The notes under the pieces: generated by a model
The model's input: the letters and a program-made list of their open reading frames with translations, nothing else
Told to the model about the DNA's origin: nothing
The model's database searches: none
Shown here: piece after piece, positions 23,237-35,270 of the stretch
How positions within the stretch are numbered: the stretch's first letter is position 1
How the letters are laid out: each line of letters begins with the position of its first letter
Position numbers and translations under genes: made by a program
Assembly (NCBI GenBank): GCA_032718475.1
Contig: JAUCBJ010007792.1
Coordinates: forward strand, 1-40,740
Length of the DNA stretch: 40,740 bases
Source: Nemertoderma westbladi
Lineage: Eukaryota > Animalia > Xenacoelomorpha
Direction: 5' to 3'

Positions 23237-24421
23237 TGTAAAAGCTTTTGCGGATCTAGCTAGTCATTTTCCCTGCAAAGTACTCTGTAGGTGTTTTAGC
23301 GGACATAAAAAGCCGTTTTCCTACTCTGTAGGTGTTTTAGTGGACATAAAAAGCCATTTTTCTGTATGTGTACTTTAGCGGACATAACTAGCGATTTTAT
23401 ACCGCAATATGCCAAAATACTCTTGATACAGTGTAGTTCAGATGACGACATCTATCAGCTGATATGTCCACGTATAACTTTTCTTTGTTCTTTGTTCGGC
23501 TCGACCAATCAGAGCGATTTTCATTTCATTTGCACAGAAGCCTCCGGGAAATCGCGCAATGCATTATGGTCTTTGTTGACCTTTTTTCCTGAGCCAAAAA
23601 GATCGACTGTGGAATTATTCTGTGTTTCAGACTTTAGCCAAACATTAGAACAGCTTTGATCATAGAAACGTATAACTGTTATCAAACTGGCAAATCAGCC
23701 TGTCATATCTCATACAAACCTGATCACATACAAACACCGCATTATTTTACTGCTATTTACTGTCGGTTATTAATTGTATCAGTTGATGGAATATTGTTAT
23801 ATTTGGAGAATAACGATAAATAATCAGAAAACCCCAATCTTCTTGATATACTGAAGGTTAGAGAGACCGGTTACATATAGCAATTGCGACTTACATTATA
23901 GTGGTTTTGGAGTGAATTGAATGCTATTTCATAGGCCCTACATGTGTCAGTTGCTGTTCTCCTTATATATGATTAAAATTAGTGAAGGTCGGCAGATCAG
24001 TGTGCAGCAGTGTGCGGTAGTGTGCATGAGTGTGACAGATAACAAAGCATTTCCTAAAGAATGCGCTTTATATGTGAATCATTAGCCATCCCGTTGTGTT
24101 TAGTGTAAGTCATAACTCTGTTTACATACTTAGAGCGCCACGTCCTAAAGGAACTGTTAATATTTCCCGAAAGTGAATAATATTTGTCAGAGATTATATA
24201 TTAACGATAAGTCGAATAATACAGTAGGCCTACACCGCAATAAGGTCAGAGCATCCGAATCCAGTCTCCCTTAACCGTGGGTGAATGATCGCGCATAGGC
24301 TGGCTTCGGCTAATGTAACTTTATGTGTATCAAATACTTGTTATAGGCTAAAGTCGATTTATAACCTAGAAGACACCTAAATTTGGCAGGTTAAACTGCT
24401 AAAGGTCTAAAAGCGCGAACA
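23237..24421 (+). repeat. 3' LTR of BEL/Pao element
   Basis: Direct repeat of 9101-10285; preceded by purine-rich GGGAGCGG and followed by TSD GGCTG. Confidence 0.97.
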
Positions 24422-25400
24422 GGCTGTTATTATATTCTGGTATATTGAATTGGTGGATTGGTCTTCATCCATTGACTGAAGTGCTTCAAAGCGGTTTTTA
24501 ACTTCTACTGTATAAGCATCCTTTACAGCATTGTCAGTTCTGAGTTTTTCCCAGTCATATTTGATTTGCTTGCTTGTCCTGGGTTTGCTGGCTCTCAAAC
24601 TGAGTCTGATCTCTGCAGTCACAATTCTGTGGTCCGAACCAATTAGTCCAGTTGTGCTTTGGTTCCATTAGGGTATTGAAAGGACCATAGCTTCCCGTTA
24701 CTCTTTTCGAATGTATTGTTTGTTGTATCAATTCACATTCTTCCATTAGGTCTAAAAGTAAGCACCCATTTCTGTTAGAACTGGTGTTATAGGTGTAACC
24801 CTTGATGTCTTCTGGGCCAATTTGCGCATTCAGGTCACCAGCCATGACCCTAACATTGTGTTTCGGAATGTTCTTTATAAGTCCAGTCAGATCTTCATAA
24901 AACTTGACTGCTTGTTCTGGCTCTGAGTCATTGGTTGGACTGTAGCAACATATACCTGTTGTCTTGGGATTCCCATCAAATGTTGCGATCATAACCCTGG
25001 AATTTATAGATTCAATGTTGTTTAGGGTCTTAAGTGCAAATGGGCTTAGCAGAATTCCTACTCCACCAGTTGATGCATTGGCCGCTTTTCTTACTGCTGC
25101 GCTTGTTACTAACGTCCATCCATTTCTAATGTCATTGTACTTCATGGCAGTGTCTTCAGGGAAAATCCGATGTTCTTTGATGCAGATGATGTCGATGTTA
25201 TATTCCATTACCAGAGCGACCATGTCACCCTGTTTTCTATGTGCTTTCAGCATGCGTGCGTTCACTGTAGCAATTTTTAGTGTCTTTTTACATTTCAACA
25301 GGTTGGTTCTTCTTTCTTCTCTGTCTTCTAAAACTGAACGGACACAGACGGTGACTCAGTTTGCTTCAGTCGACGATGGATTAATGATTTATCACATCCA
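24422..25400 (-). pseudogene. RTE-like LINE, N-terminal apurinic endonuclease domain (degenerate)
   Basis: LKIATVNARML..IDIICIKEHR..GGVGILL..CYSPT..MAGDLNAQIG..NRNGCLL, then SDHRIVTAEIRL..YTVEVKNRFEAL. Continues at 9100 across the BEL insertion. Confidence 0.88.
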
Positions 25401-25859
25401 TGCAGGAGATAAAAACAATAAACTTTAATTAGATTTAAATGGATAATTAATATTGTACCTGTTAATAAATTTCACTTATTGCCAACAGTACCGAACTGCC
25501 GACAGTACTGGCGCTGTGCTTTCAGATTTCTTTATAACAGCCATCCCACCCACCCTTTACATGCTTGGCAGGTGGCAGGAATGAACCTATCTGGAGCCAA
25601 GAGGGATGGAGGTAGGGTTAATTTATGGCTATGGCTAGGCTACCCTTCCCCTCATCCGGTGTCTCAATGATGCACAGCCCACTACTCCCACCCCCCCCCC
25701 CCCCCCCCCCCCGCCTTGATCCATGAACCCATGGACAACCGCCCCAATGCACCACCGCACCACCAACAGCCACTCCACAGGCCGCATCGCTCCATTCTCT
25801 GACTCCATCACCCAGATATAGCGTCACCACCTCGCTAGAGGTTCCACTCTAGGCCTGGT

Positions 25860-26394
25860 ATGCAGATGACTCATCCGATGTGGACCAACTTGATGCCATC
25901 TGGGCCTGGTGATCACAGCTACTTATTCGGGGTGCCAGCATCGGCTACTACTCTGAGCCAGCTAAATGCTACCTCTCAGTTAAACCGAAGTACGAAGCGC
26001 ATGCCAAAGCAATGTTCGGACCCAGTGGTATTCAAGTTGTCGCTGGCCATTGGTTCCTGGGAGGGTACATTGGCAATGAAGAACGATGTAAAGAGTCTGT
26101 AACAAAGAAGGTGGAAGGCTGGGTAGCCAGCAGCGACAATATGGCAAGGGTTGCCAGAGTCTATCCCCAAACGGCCCATACTGGTATGTCCCGGTGTGTT
26201 GTCGAAACTGCTGAGGAGGAATTGACACCCATTCTTACCGTAGTCCTGCGCAGCTATGTCCCCGCCCTGTTTGGTACCTACTTGGGCTCTGTTGAGGGCC
26301 ACCTGATCCTCCTACCGGTTCGCCATGGTGGCATCAGGCTGCGTGACCCCCTGATAAGGAGAGTGCCAGCCAGGAAAGCATCAGTTGATGGAAC
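25860..26394 (+). pseudogene. CRE-like (restriction-like endonuclease) non-LTR retrotransposon fragment, end of RT region
   Basis: GHWFLGGYIG..KKVEGWV..YPQTAH..LILLPVRHGGIRLRDP. Interrupted by the Copia element at the GGAAC TSD. Confidence 0.75.
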
Positions 26395-26720
26395 TGTTAG
26401 ACTCGGGTTTATACTTTACAGTATCTAGCTTGGCTAGGCCTGATTGGGTAAAGACTGAAAATAGGGATATCAGTTAATATATATGTTTCAGTGATCTTGT
26501 ACATAGTTGTGCAGTCGTGTGTTCTGCAGTAGGTATGATCTACTGTCAGACAGTTGATTCAGTATTGTAGGAATATAGGTACGGCAGTTGGGGCTGAACC
26601 CTTCATCTGGTGTCTTTATAACTATAATAAACTGTAATCAAACATAGCAATATAATATCTACCTATTGCATCTTTGTTGTTTATTTATCAATATGCCATT
26701 GCAACATTGGGACACTAACA
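26395..26720 (+). repeat. 5' LTR of Copia element
   Basis: TGTTAGACTC...CTAACA, repeated at 31587-31912. Confidence 0.97.
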
Positions 26721-26721
26721 A

Positions 26722-26732
26722 TGGTAGCAGAG
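26722..26732 (+). promoter_or_regulatory. Primer-binding site complementary to the 3' end of initiator tRNA-Met
   Basis: TGGTAGCAGAG one base after the LTR; complement of the animal tRNAi-Met 3' end CUCUGCUACCA. Confidence 0.9.
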
Positions 26733-27224
26733 CGTCAACCCAAAAATGAAAATGGTGATCCGTGATACAGACAGATTCATGCAGGAGTGGAGAGATACAA
26801 TAACACAGTAACAGGTTGGAAAAAGATCACATCCTTCAGTCATTCAAGTCATTACTGCAATAGGCTAACTGGCAAGCACAAGTGCAAAAGCATTAGCCTA
26901 CTGGTCACTGGTACCGGTACTGGTTACATCATTTCAGCATTAGGCTTAGAACTTACAGCCTTTATAGAACATACCATACCGGTCTGCCGGTAGTTTGAAG
27001 CATCTGCGCCTGTATACCACTACACATTCATGATTCTACATCAATTGTCAATTCTGTAATTCGTAACTGCTGAACAACTAATATCTGAATATACCGAGGT
27101 AGAGGGTATGATATATACTTTTACTGCTGCACTAGTGCAGTAGTGTGAATATCAGATATCAGGGGAGCACTACCGGTACTCATCTATTCAGAATTCGGGG
27201 TGGACGGACACCCTGAAAGGGGAT

Positions 27225-30200
27225 ATGGCAACTGGTGCCGATTATAGCAGTATTAAAAGCTACAAGGAGCCTCCTGAATTTGAACCAAATGTTACTGACT
27301 ATGAGAAATGGCGGAAAGAAGTAGATATTTTGGCTCGCCTTACAGATTTGGGGAAAAAGAAACGAGGGCTAGCAATTGTTAGAAAACTAAAGGGCAGAGC
27401 TAAGGACCGTGTTCTAGATTTGGACATTGAAACATTGGATCATGATGATGGGCTCAGTAAAGTTCTTGATGTTTTAGATAAGGTATTTAAACAAACATCA
27501 GTTGAATCAGCTTATGAGAGCTTTGTGAAATTCAAATCATTTAATAGGCCACCAGGTCAAAACATGCGAGAATTTATTTCTGATTTTGATCAACGGTTGA
27601 GGAGATTAGAGATATATGACATTAAATTAAGCGATAAGGTTATATCTGCCAGCCTTATTGACTGTGCAAACCTTCCTGAATATGAGAAACGACTAATATT
27701 GGGAACAACTGAGCTACAGCAAGATAAAGTTCGTGATAATCTTCTAAGGATGTTTGCTAATGTTTGTTCAAATTCTAAAGAGGAGCCAACTATGCTTTTT
27801 ACGCAGCCAAATATTTCACAAATAAAGACTGAACCCACATTCTATACTGGAAATAACTTTTGCAAGTGCTCTTGCAGTTGCAGTCAACCTTCTGAAAGAA
27901 CTGTCAATCCTGATCCTGAACAATATGAAAATATGGCAGACACTTACTGGGCCAGGCCCAACCGTAAGTTTTCAACAACAGCTGCTATGTAGGTACCTGC
28001 TAACCCTGCATCACAGAAACTGAGTCAGGTAAATGAGGCTCATAGTGGGCTTGGTCAGCCTAGTATCAAGAATCCTTGTAGAATTTGTTCTTCCAGTATG
28101 CATTGGGCATCCTATTGCCCACATCGTAATAAGCCTCGCTGTCATATCTGTGCTTCATTCATGCACTTTGCTGCTGCCTGTCCACACAAGAGTGAGGTAT
28201 CCAGATGTAAATTTTGTGATTCTGTTTCATTTGGAGATGTGGATGATTTCTCTGGTAATGATGTATGTATTGAGTTTGAAGTTGAAGCTTCATACATAGT
28301 TGAACCTTCTATTCCATTCATAATTATTGATACTGGATGTACGCGCACAGTTGGAGGTGAAGCTTGGTTAGATAGTTATCTAGCATTTACTAAGATTGAT
28401 TTATCTACAGTTGTTCAAGCACAAATAGACTCAGGTGGTGAACTAAAGGTAGCCCTATATAGTGTGATTCTTCCATTGTGGTTTGGATCAACATGTTATA
28501 GTATAATGGTTGATATTATTGATAGTCACATTCCATTACTTATTTCATGTGCTACTTATCCCGTCTTAATAGTGTGTTACATATTGCAGAGAATATGTTG
28601 GTTATTAATGGAGAGAGTATTTCGTTGAGTATTCATGGTGGTCATCAAGTTATTTATGTCCAGAAACATACTGAAGCAGAAGTATTCACTAATAGTGATA
28701 CCAAGCAAACATTATCGTACATTCAAGTGCAGAAGTTGCATAAGCAATTCGGTCATATTAGTTTTTCTCCTTTACAGAAACTTATAAAACAATCTGGCAT
28801 TGAATGTGATAATGATTATATTCGAAAGGCTATAGATAACTGTACTACCTGCAACCAAATTTCAAAACCTCCAGCAAAGCCAATTGTTTCCCTTCCCCTT
28901 GGCTCAGCATTTAACGACATATTGGCTGTAGATTTGTTTCAAATTCCTGATTCATGTCACTGGGCATTGCATGTTATTGACATGTTTAGCAGATATAGTA
29001 TCGCAAGTCCAGTCATTAACAAAACAGCTGTAGCTATTGAGGATACTTTGTTGGATATCTGGATTATGATTTTTGCCCAACCTAGAAAAATCTTATCAGA
29101 TAATGGGGATGAATTTGTAAATCAGGTCTTCTCTGAACTTTGTGAGAAACTTAATATTCAACACAATACTACTGTACCATATTGCCCATTTTCGAATGGT
29201 ATAGTAGAATGTCATAATGCAGTCATTAAATCAATATATGAGAAGATGAAGTTGGATGATCCAACATTAGGGGATAGTAAGTGGCTTCGACTTGTTTGTC
29301 TAGCAAAGAATTCTTGGCCCAACCATAATGGGTATTCTCCACATCACATTGTATTTGGTAAAGGACCCTACTTAAATAGCCTATTAACAGGTCGGTTATC
29401 TGCATTGGATCAGAGTTGTACTTCTGCTCATACAGTAGAGGATTACCTGGCTATATTGAATCGAGTTCGACAGGAATATGCAACAGTTGAGGCATCATCT
29501 AAAATACGTCGTGCATTAGCACACAATGTTCGTCAATCGGTTGTTTCTAGCTCTCCTGGTGATAAGGTGTACTATTATTCCAATAGAACACATCAGTGGA
29601 AAGGTCCTGGTTCTGTTGCTGCATTTGATGGAGTTGAGTATCTGATAAAACAAAGTGGTCAGTATCTACGTTGTCATAGGAATTTTGTTCGCCCTATTGC
29701 ATTAGTTCCACCAGCCACCAGTACTGATAGCGATACTAAGAAACTAACCAATATCCCTGCGGCTGAAGTACAACCTGCTGTTGATGATACTGATACTGGT
29801 AGTGAGTATAATGATACTCACACTGATGATCCACACCAAGAGTCACCAAATGATTCTTCTAATGATAATAGTAATCCAGTTTCTACTGGACCAATTACAA
29901 AGTCCTATCCTCTTCGTAATAGGATTAATGATGGTTCAATGCCTGATTATTTACATGAGGCCCAAATATCTTCAACGGATGCTAATTCTCTAGGGAATGA
30001 AATAGAACATAAAGTTGATTCCTATAGAGAAGCAAAGTTACAGGAAGTTCATCAGTGGCGTTTACATGATGTATTTGATGAAATTCCAATTGGTGATGCT
30101 ACAAATAATAATATTATATCCACTAAGTGGGTTCTAACATTGAAAGATGGCCCAAATGGACAATATTGTAAAGCTAGGTTGGTAGCACGTGGGTTTCAAG

Positions 30201-31429
30201 ATAGCGATGACCCAATATCATATTCTCCAACTTGTTCAAAACTGTCATTACGTATTTTATTCATAATAGCGGCTACTTATAAGTGGTGCCCTGAATATCT
30301 TGACGTGAAAACTGCATTCCTTCAGGGGAAACCTCTTAATCGTGATATTTATGTAGTCCCCCCAGATGATCATATTAATCCTGGTTACATATGGAAGCTG
30401 AGGAAGTGTGTTTATGGTCTGACAGATGCACCACGGTTGTGGTATGAAAAACTGTCAGAGGAGATTGTAAACCGTGGTGGTACGGTATGCCCTGGTGATG
30501 ATGGCTTGTTTATTTTTACAGCAGAGACCAATAGATCCTTAATAGGGCTAGTTACAATTCATGTTGATGATATTATTGCAGCTGGTAATGATCATTTTCT
30601 ATCTGTTTTGCATGATATTGGCAATACTTTAACAATTGGAAGGCAGATATCTCTGAATGAGGAGTGGATTAAGGTGTTAGGGATAGAGGTAAGATTTAAA
30701 GATGGAAGTGTTGAGCTACAACAATACAAATACATTGATGGAATTCATGAACTTCAAGTGGATATTGAGAAAAATGATAATACATCTTTCAGGAAGATAA
30801 TTGGGAAGATAACATGGGCTACTACATCAACTCGACCTGATGCTGCATTCTGGGTTGGGAGCCTGTCAACTCTAGCGCATGCACCAATTACAACAGCAGT
30901 TCAGAATGATGTCAATAAACTTGTTCGTTATCTGAAACATCAGCAAGTTTCAATTAATTTACAGTCCTTAAATGATCATGAAATTGCACTACTTGAAGTT
31001 TATTCTGATGCTTCATTTGATCTTCCTAGCTGGGGTGGTTTTGTTATCTACTGGGGAGGAAATATTGTTAGCTGGAAATCTGCAAAGTTACAGAGGGTTG
31101 CGAGAAGTGCTTTGGGGGCTGAAACGATACAGCTTGTAGATTCTTTAGATGCTGCTGTTCATATTGCAGAAATCATTAAATCTATCCTTGGGAAGAAACC
31201 AGTTGTAAAAGCAGTAATTGATAACAAATCACTATATGACTCTGTAGTTGGTCGAAAGGGAGCTCCAACAGAGAAGAGACTACGCATTGATTTCTCGTTA
31301 ATTCGCGACGGACTAATGAGGAAAGAGTGGGAATTACAGTTGGTTACTTCAGCTCATAACCTGGCTGATATTATGACGAAGAAGAGTATAAGGAAAGTTA
31401 CGAAGGATGATTTTATGGCTACATTATAA
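27225..31429 (+). pseudogene. Copia gag-pol polyprotein, disrupted by one in-frame TAG (27990) and a frameshift near 28550
   Basis: Gag PPEF..YEKWRKEV; two CX2CX4HX4C knuckles; protease IIDTGCTRTV; integrase HKQFGH..CTTC, AVDLF, SDNG; RT KARLVARGF, LDVKTAFLQG, YGLTDAPRLWY, HVDD; RNase H YSDASF..AET..DNKSL..NLADIMTK. Confidence 0.95.
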
Positions 31430-31586
31430 CTGATTTAATTGCCATCTAAATTTTAATGGTGGGCTTGAGGATTATTGTTTGAACTGTAGGATGTTTTTTT
31501 GGATACGTTCTAACTAATTTGATTATCATAACCATACTATTGTTGAAAGGTTTTTATTACGACACTGGACAGAAAAGGGGGGAAGT

Positions 31587-31912
31587 TGTTAGACTCGGGT
31601 TTATACTTTACAGTATCTAGCTTGGCTAGGCCTGATTGGGTAAAGACTGAAAATAGGGATATCAGTTAATATATATGTTTCAGTGATCTTGTACGTAGTT
31701 GTGCAGTCGTGTGTTCTGCAGTAGGTATGATCTACTGTCAGACAGTTGATTCAGTATTGTAGGAATATAGGTACGGCAGTTGGGGCTGAACCCTTCGTCT
31801 GGTGTCTTTATAACTATAATAAACTGTAATCAAACTTAGCAATATAATATCTACCTATTGCACCTTTGTTGTTTATTTATCAATACGCCATTGCAACATT
31901 GGGAAACTAACA
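31587..31912 (+). repeat. 3' LTR of Copia element
   Basis: Direct repeat of 26395-26720, preceded by the PPT at 31571-31585. Confidence 0.97.
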
Positions 31913-32880
31913 GGAACTTCCCTCATCACAGAGGCCATCATATCTATGCAGCCTCTCCTGGTGGCCGAACACGAGTTGCACCTCCGTGAGGAGCTGAAAA
32001 AGCAGCGCAAGTCCCAGGACGCCCAATATAAACTCCAACAGGAGGCTGCTATCACAGACCTTCCCACCAGCCACAGAAGAACTGAGGATCATGGCATCAT
32101 CAACAAGACAGGGGGTTGGTATACAGCACAACTTTCCACCCTCGACCACACTGACCTGAATACAGATGAATTCCGAGATGGATTGGCACTCCTCTATAGA
32201 CTCACACCACCGGGTCTCCCAGTGAATTGCGAGGGATATGGGAACCCATTCACGCCCCTGAGCAGAAAGTCTGGTTGGCTGATAATAAAGCACCACAACG
32301 AGGTGCAGGAGGTGATTGGGAACCTCATTGCTGAGGTAGTCGGCGCATCCAGCATGGAACGGGAAGTGACCCACTCGCGGGGTCACCTGGATCAGGAAGG
32401 CCGAGAGGTAGGAGGAGTGTGGGCAGATCTGGTAGCTCGCAGGGTCTGGATGAACCACTGGGTCGCGTCGTTTGACATTGCGGTGATAAACCCTGACGCG
32501 ACTACATACTCCCAGACCAACTGTTTGACAGAGTCACTTCTAGAAGTCTGCTGCAGGCTCAAGAAGAACCACTACAGATCCCTCTGCGAGGAGTGGAGGA
32601 TGGAATTTACCCCCCTGGTAGGCACTACAGACAACACAGATTGCACTGAGACACAAATTGTATTCGTATCTCGCCGAGTCACTCGTGGCGAGGTGGTATG
32701 GCATACGTGAGAGGGGTCTCGGCTGCATGTTGGGAGGTATCCAGTGCGCAGTGGAGACTGCAGTTTGCGCTCCTCTGTTCCACCTCCCTCTGTCTGCGCG
32801 GTGGTCGTTGCCCCTGGCATAGCTTAGGGTTTGGTGATGGCGTGGGGCTCAGAGGATTCAATCTGGCCAGGGGCTACTAA
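31913..32880 (+). pseudogene. CRE-like non-LTR retrotransposon 3' part: degenerate zinc-finger region and restriction-like endonuclease
   Basis: EFRDGLALLY..LPVNCEG..KHHNEVQE..ADLVARRVW..FDIAVINPDATTY..KKNHY..EFTPLV..RLQFALL..LCLRGGR. Confidence 0.8.
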
Positions 32881-33345
32881 CTATCTGCCACCACTTTTCT
32901 TAACAATTAGTAATAACTATAATGCAGTGCACTGCCACAAATATTCTCATTTTGTGCTTACTGGTTAATAATGTAACTGAAACCGGTAGGTTGGTTCACA
33001 TTATCACACACTGACTTACTGTAATGGTTGTGAAGCCCCTCTTCTCCATGGTCCAAAACCTCTTTTTGAGCCAATCGGGCTTTATTCAAAATTACATCAT
33101 TAGTGGTTACACTACAGTCCCAATCCCAATAAACATTAACTTGGTCGTTTTGGCGGCCAAAATGACCAAAATCACCAAAAAAATGTAGTGTATTCCTATG
33201 GGCTACTTGGTCGTTTTGGCGAAGCGATTTAACTCGAATCAGCTCAATCCAGACCGTCTGTCTCCTTGGCCATCCATTTGGTGGATCTGACTAAATGTCG
33301 GCTCGCTTTCATTTTTATTATTGACAGATTGTTAACTTACACGGC

Positions 33346-33473
33346 GCTGAGCCTTGCAGTACTGGAGTCCGCCCACTGAGGCATTGATAGAGTACACAGT
33401 CTTATAAAAGCTGAGCCTTGCAGTACTGGAGTCCGCCCACTGAGGCATTGATAGAGTACACAGTCTTATAAAA
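33346..33473. repeat. Perfect 64-bp tandem duplication
   Basis: GCTGAGCCTTGCAGTACTGGAGTCC...CTTATAAAA twice in a row. Confidence 0.95.
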
Positions 33474-33524
33474 GGAGTTGAATGGGTTAATGGGTTAAAG
33501 GAGGAGTATGTATAATAATAATCT

Positions 33525-33762
33525 GAACGTCCCGAAATTAATTTATGGACGTTGGGAAATTAATTTATGGACGTCCCGAAATTAACTATATGGACGTCCC
33601 GAAATTAACTTATGGACGTCCCGAAATTAACTTATGGACGTCCCGAAATTAACTTATGGACGTCCCGAAATTAATCTATCAACCAATCAGAATCGTAATG
33701 AAATAACTAATTAATGGACGTCCATAAATTAATTTCGGGATGTTAATTTCGGAAATTAATTT
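33525..33762. repeat. 22-bp minisatellite (TGGACGTCCCGAAATTAACTTA) with inverted copies at its right end
   Basis: About 7 direct units at 33525-33678; reverse-oriented units (gacgtccataaattaatttcggga) at about 33717-33762. Confidence 0.9.
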
Positions 33763-35270
33763 CAATAATATTTTTTTTTATAATAAAAATTTTTTTAAAT
33801 ATTTTTTACAATGTATAATTCGCGGACACTGCGGGGTGACTACAAAAAAAAGACCCTATTATAACAACCTGCATAATCTTGTTACATGTGTTAACTTTCG
33901 TGAATTGTTTTGAATCCCCCGTCACGCCTCTGTAACTGTAACTTGCTCCTTTACTAACCTGCTCCTTTAAATAGCAATGGTACATAACGCTCATTGTGAC
34001 CTGTACAAAACAAAGAGGTAAAGTCGCGTTACGTCCCAAAGAGCGTTAGGTTCCAAAGAGCTTTAGGTCCCCCATTGCCAGAGAGAGTGAGGTCACATTG
34101 CCATTTAAAGGAGCAGGTTAGTAAAGAAGCAGGTTACAGAGGCGTGTTGGGGAACAAAAACAATATACGAAAGTTAACACATGTGTTTTGTATTTGTACA
34201 GGTCTTTATTATTTGGGTCGTTGGTCTTTGTTTTGTAGTCACCCGACACTGCGGTGTTGCGTTGGGGCCACCAATCCACCCACCCACACTCAACTCCCAA
34301 CTTCCTGGACACTAGGATACTGAGTGAAAGCGTCTAAAACTACTACAGGAACTCCATGACAGACTATGGGCTAGCGACTAGGGACTGGCGCCCTTGAACA
34401 TGTAAACTGTAGTACCTACTGTACCACCTGTGGGACCAGCCCATTATATTAGTGAGGTCGGCATTTCTCTTTATCCTGCCGCTCTCTTTGTATTACAATA
34501 GCATACAGCTAACCAATGGCAATGGTCTACCCCCAGTCCGGTTTTCTATCTGCCAACATCCTGGGCTTTACTTACACTCAGCCTCTATTCACTTGCTGTG
34601 ATTGACAAGCCAACTTGCCTCAGAAGTTCCTTTCATGAATGCCGCAATTTATATTTGGCCATTTTGGTCGTTTTGGCCGCCAAAATGACCAAGTTAATGT
34701 TTATTGGGATTGGGACTGTAGGGTAGTAAACTAGGTTTGTTTTGTATCTTCCATGTACATTTATATACACAATTACACGGCTGTCGCAGTTTTTTAAGCG
34801 TCTCGCAATCCTGCTAGTGTTATCCTCCAAACGGGAGCTTGCCTACTCCCAGTGTGTTGAGTTGAGCTGCGTAGTTTCTCTCGTCTCCGGGCAGTCCTGA
34901 TGTGTCTGCGCGGGTCCCGTTCGACTCGGAGGCGGCCTATCCACGAGCATGGGGAGTCCTCGATCCAACTTGCGAATGCAGAGGCGAACTCCAGGGGGTA
35001 GACCCCTGCGGAGTTTTGGACGGCGGGTGACCTTGTACTCATTTTGTATATGTATTGCTATTGCTGTTGTTATTGATATTATTATTGTTTGTTAAAATTT
35101 ATATTATTTTCTTAATGTTTTTGAAATTATTGTTTCTGTTATTTCACGTTGCTTTTATAGGCAGTAAAAGTATTATATCGAATACACAACCAAATAACCT
35201 TTCAGTTTCAAATTGCACTTCAGACTTTTATACATAAAACAATTAGGTATGATACCAGTTACAGTATCAC

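Larger units (their letters stand above)
9101..24421 (+). mobile_element. BEL/Pao LTR retrotransposon with both LTRs, 15.3 kb, coding-defective
   Basis: Two 1185-bp TG...CA LTRs, 5-bp TSD GGCTG (9096-9100 and 24422-24426), gag-PR-RT-RH-IN domain order, BEL-type triple zinc knuckle, PPT-like CTGGGAGCGG before the 3' LTR. Confidence 0.97.
26395..31912 (+). mobile_element. Ty1/Copia LTR retrotransposon with both LTRs (GalEa-like), coding-defective
   Basis: 326-bp LTRs 26395-26720 and 31587-31912 (6 differences seen), TSD GGAAC, PBS TGGTAGCAGAG, PPT AGAAAAGGGGGGAAG, domain order gag-PR-IN-RT-RH. Confidence 0.96.
33115..34718. mobile_element. Non-autonomous Tc1/mariner-type DNA element with about 57-bp TIRs and TA TSD
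   Basis: TA|CAGTCCCAATCCCAATAAACATTAACTTGGTC.TTTTGGCGGCCAAAA.GACCAAAAT at 33115, and its reverse complement ending GGGACTG|TA at 34718. No transposase inside. Confidence 0.88.

Noticed and set aside
27990-27992. Programmed read-through TAG in Copia gag
   Set aside because: It falls before the zinc knuckles and lacks a known read-through context; more likely a point mutation.
33525-33762. CRISPR-like 22-bp repeats
   Set aside because: The units are contiguous with no unique spacers; it is a minisatellite.
34760-35045. GC-rich minus-strand segment, possibly the 3' end of another non-LTR element
   Set aside because: Only a faint Cys/His pattern spread across frames; not enough to call.
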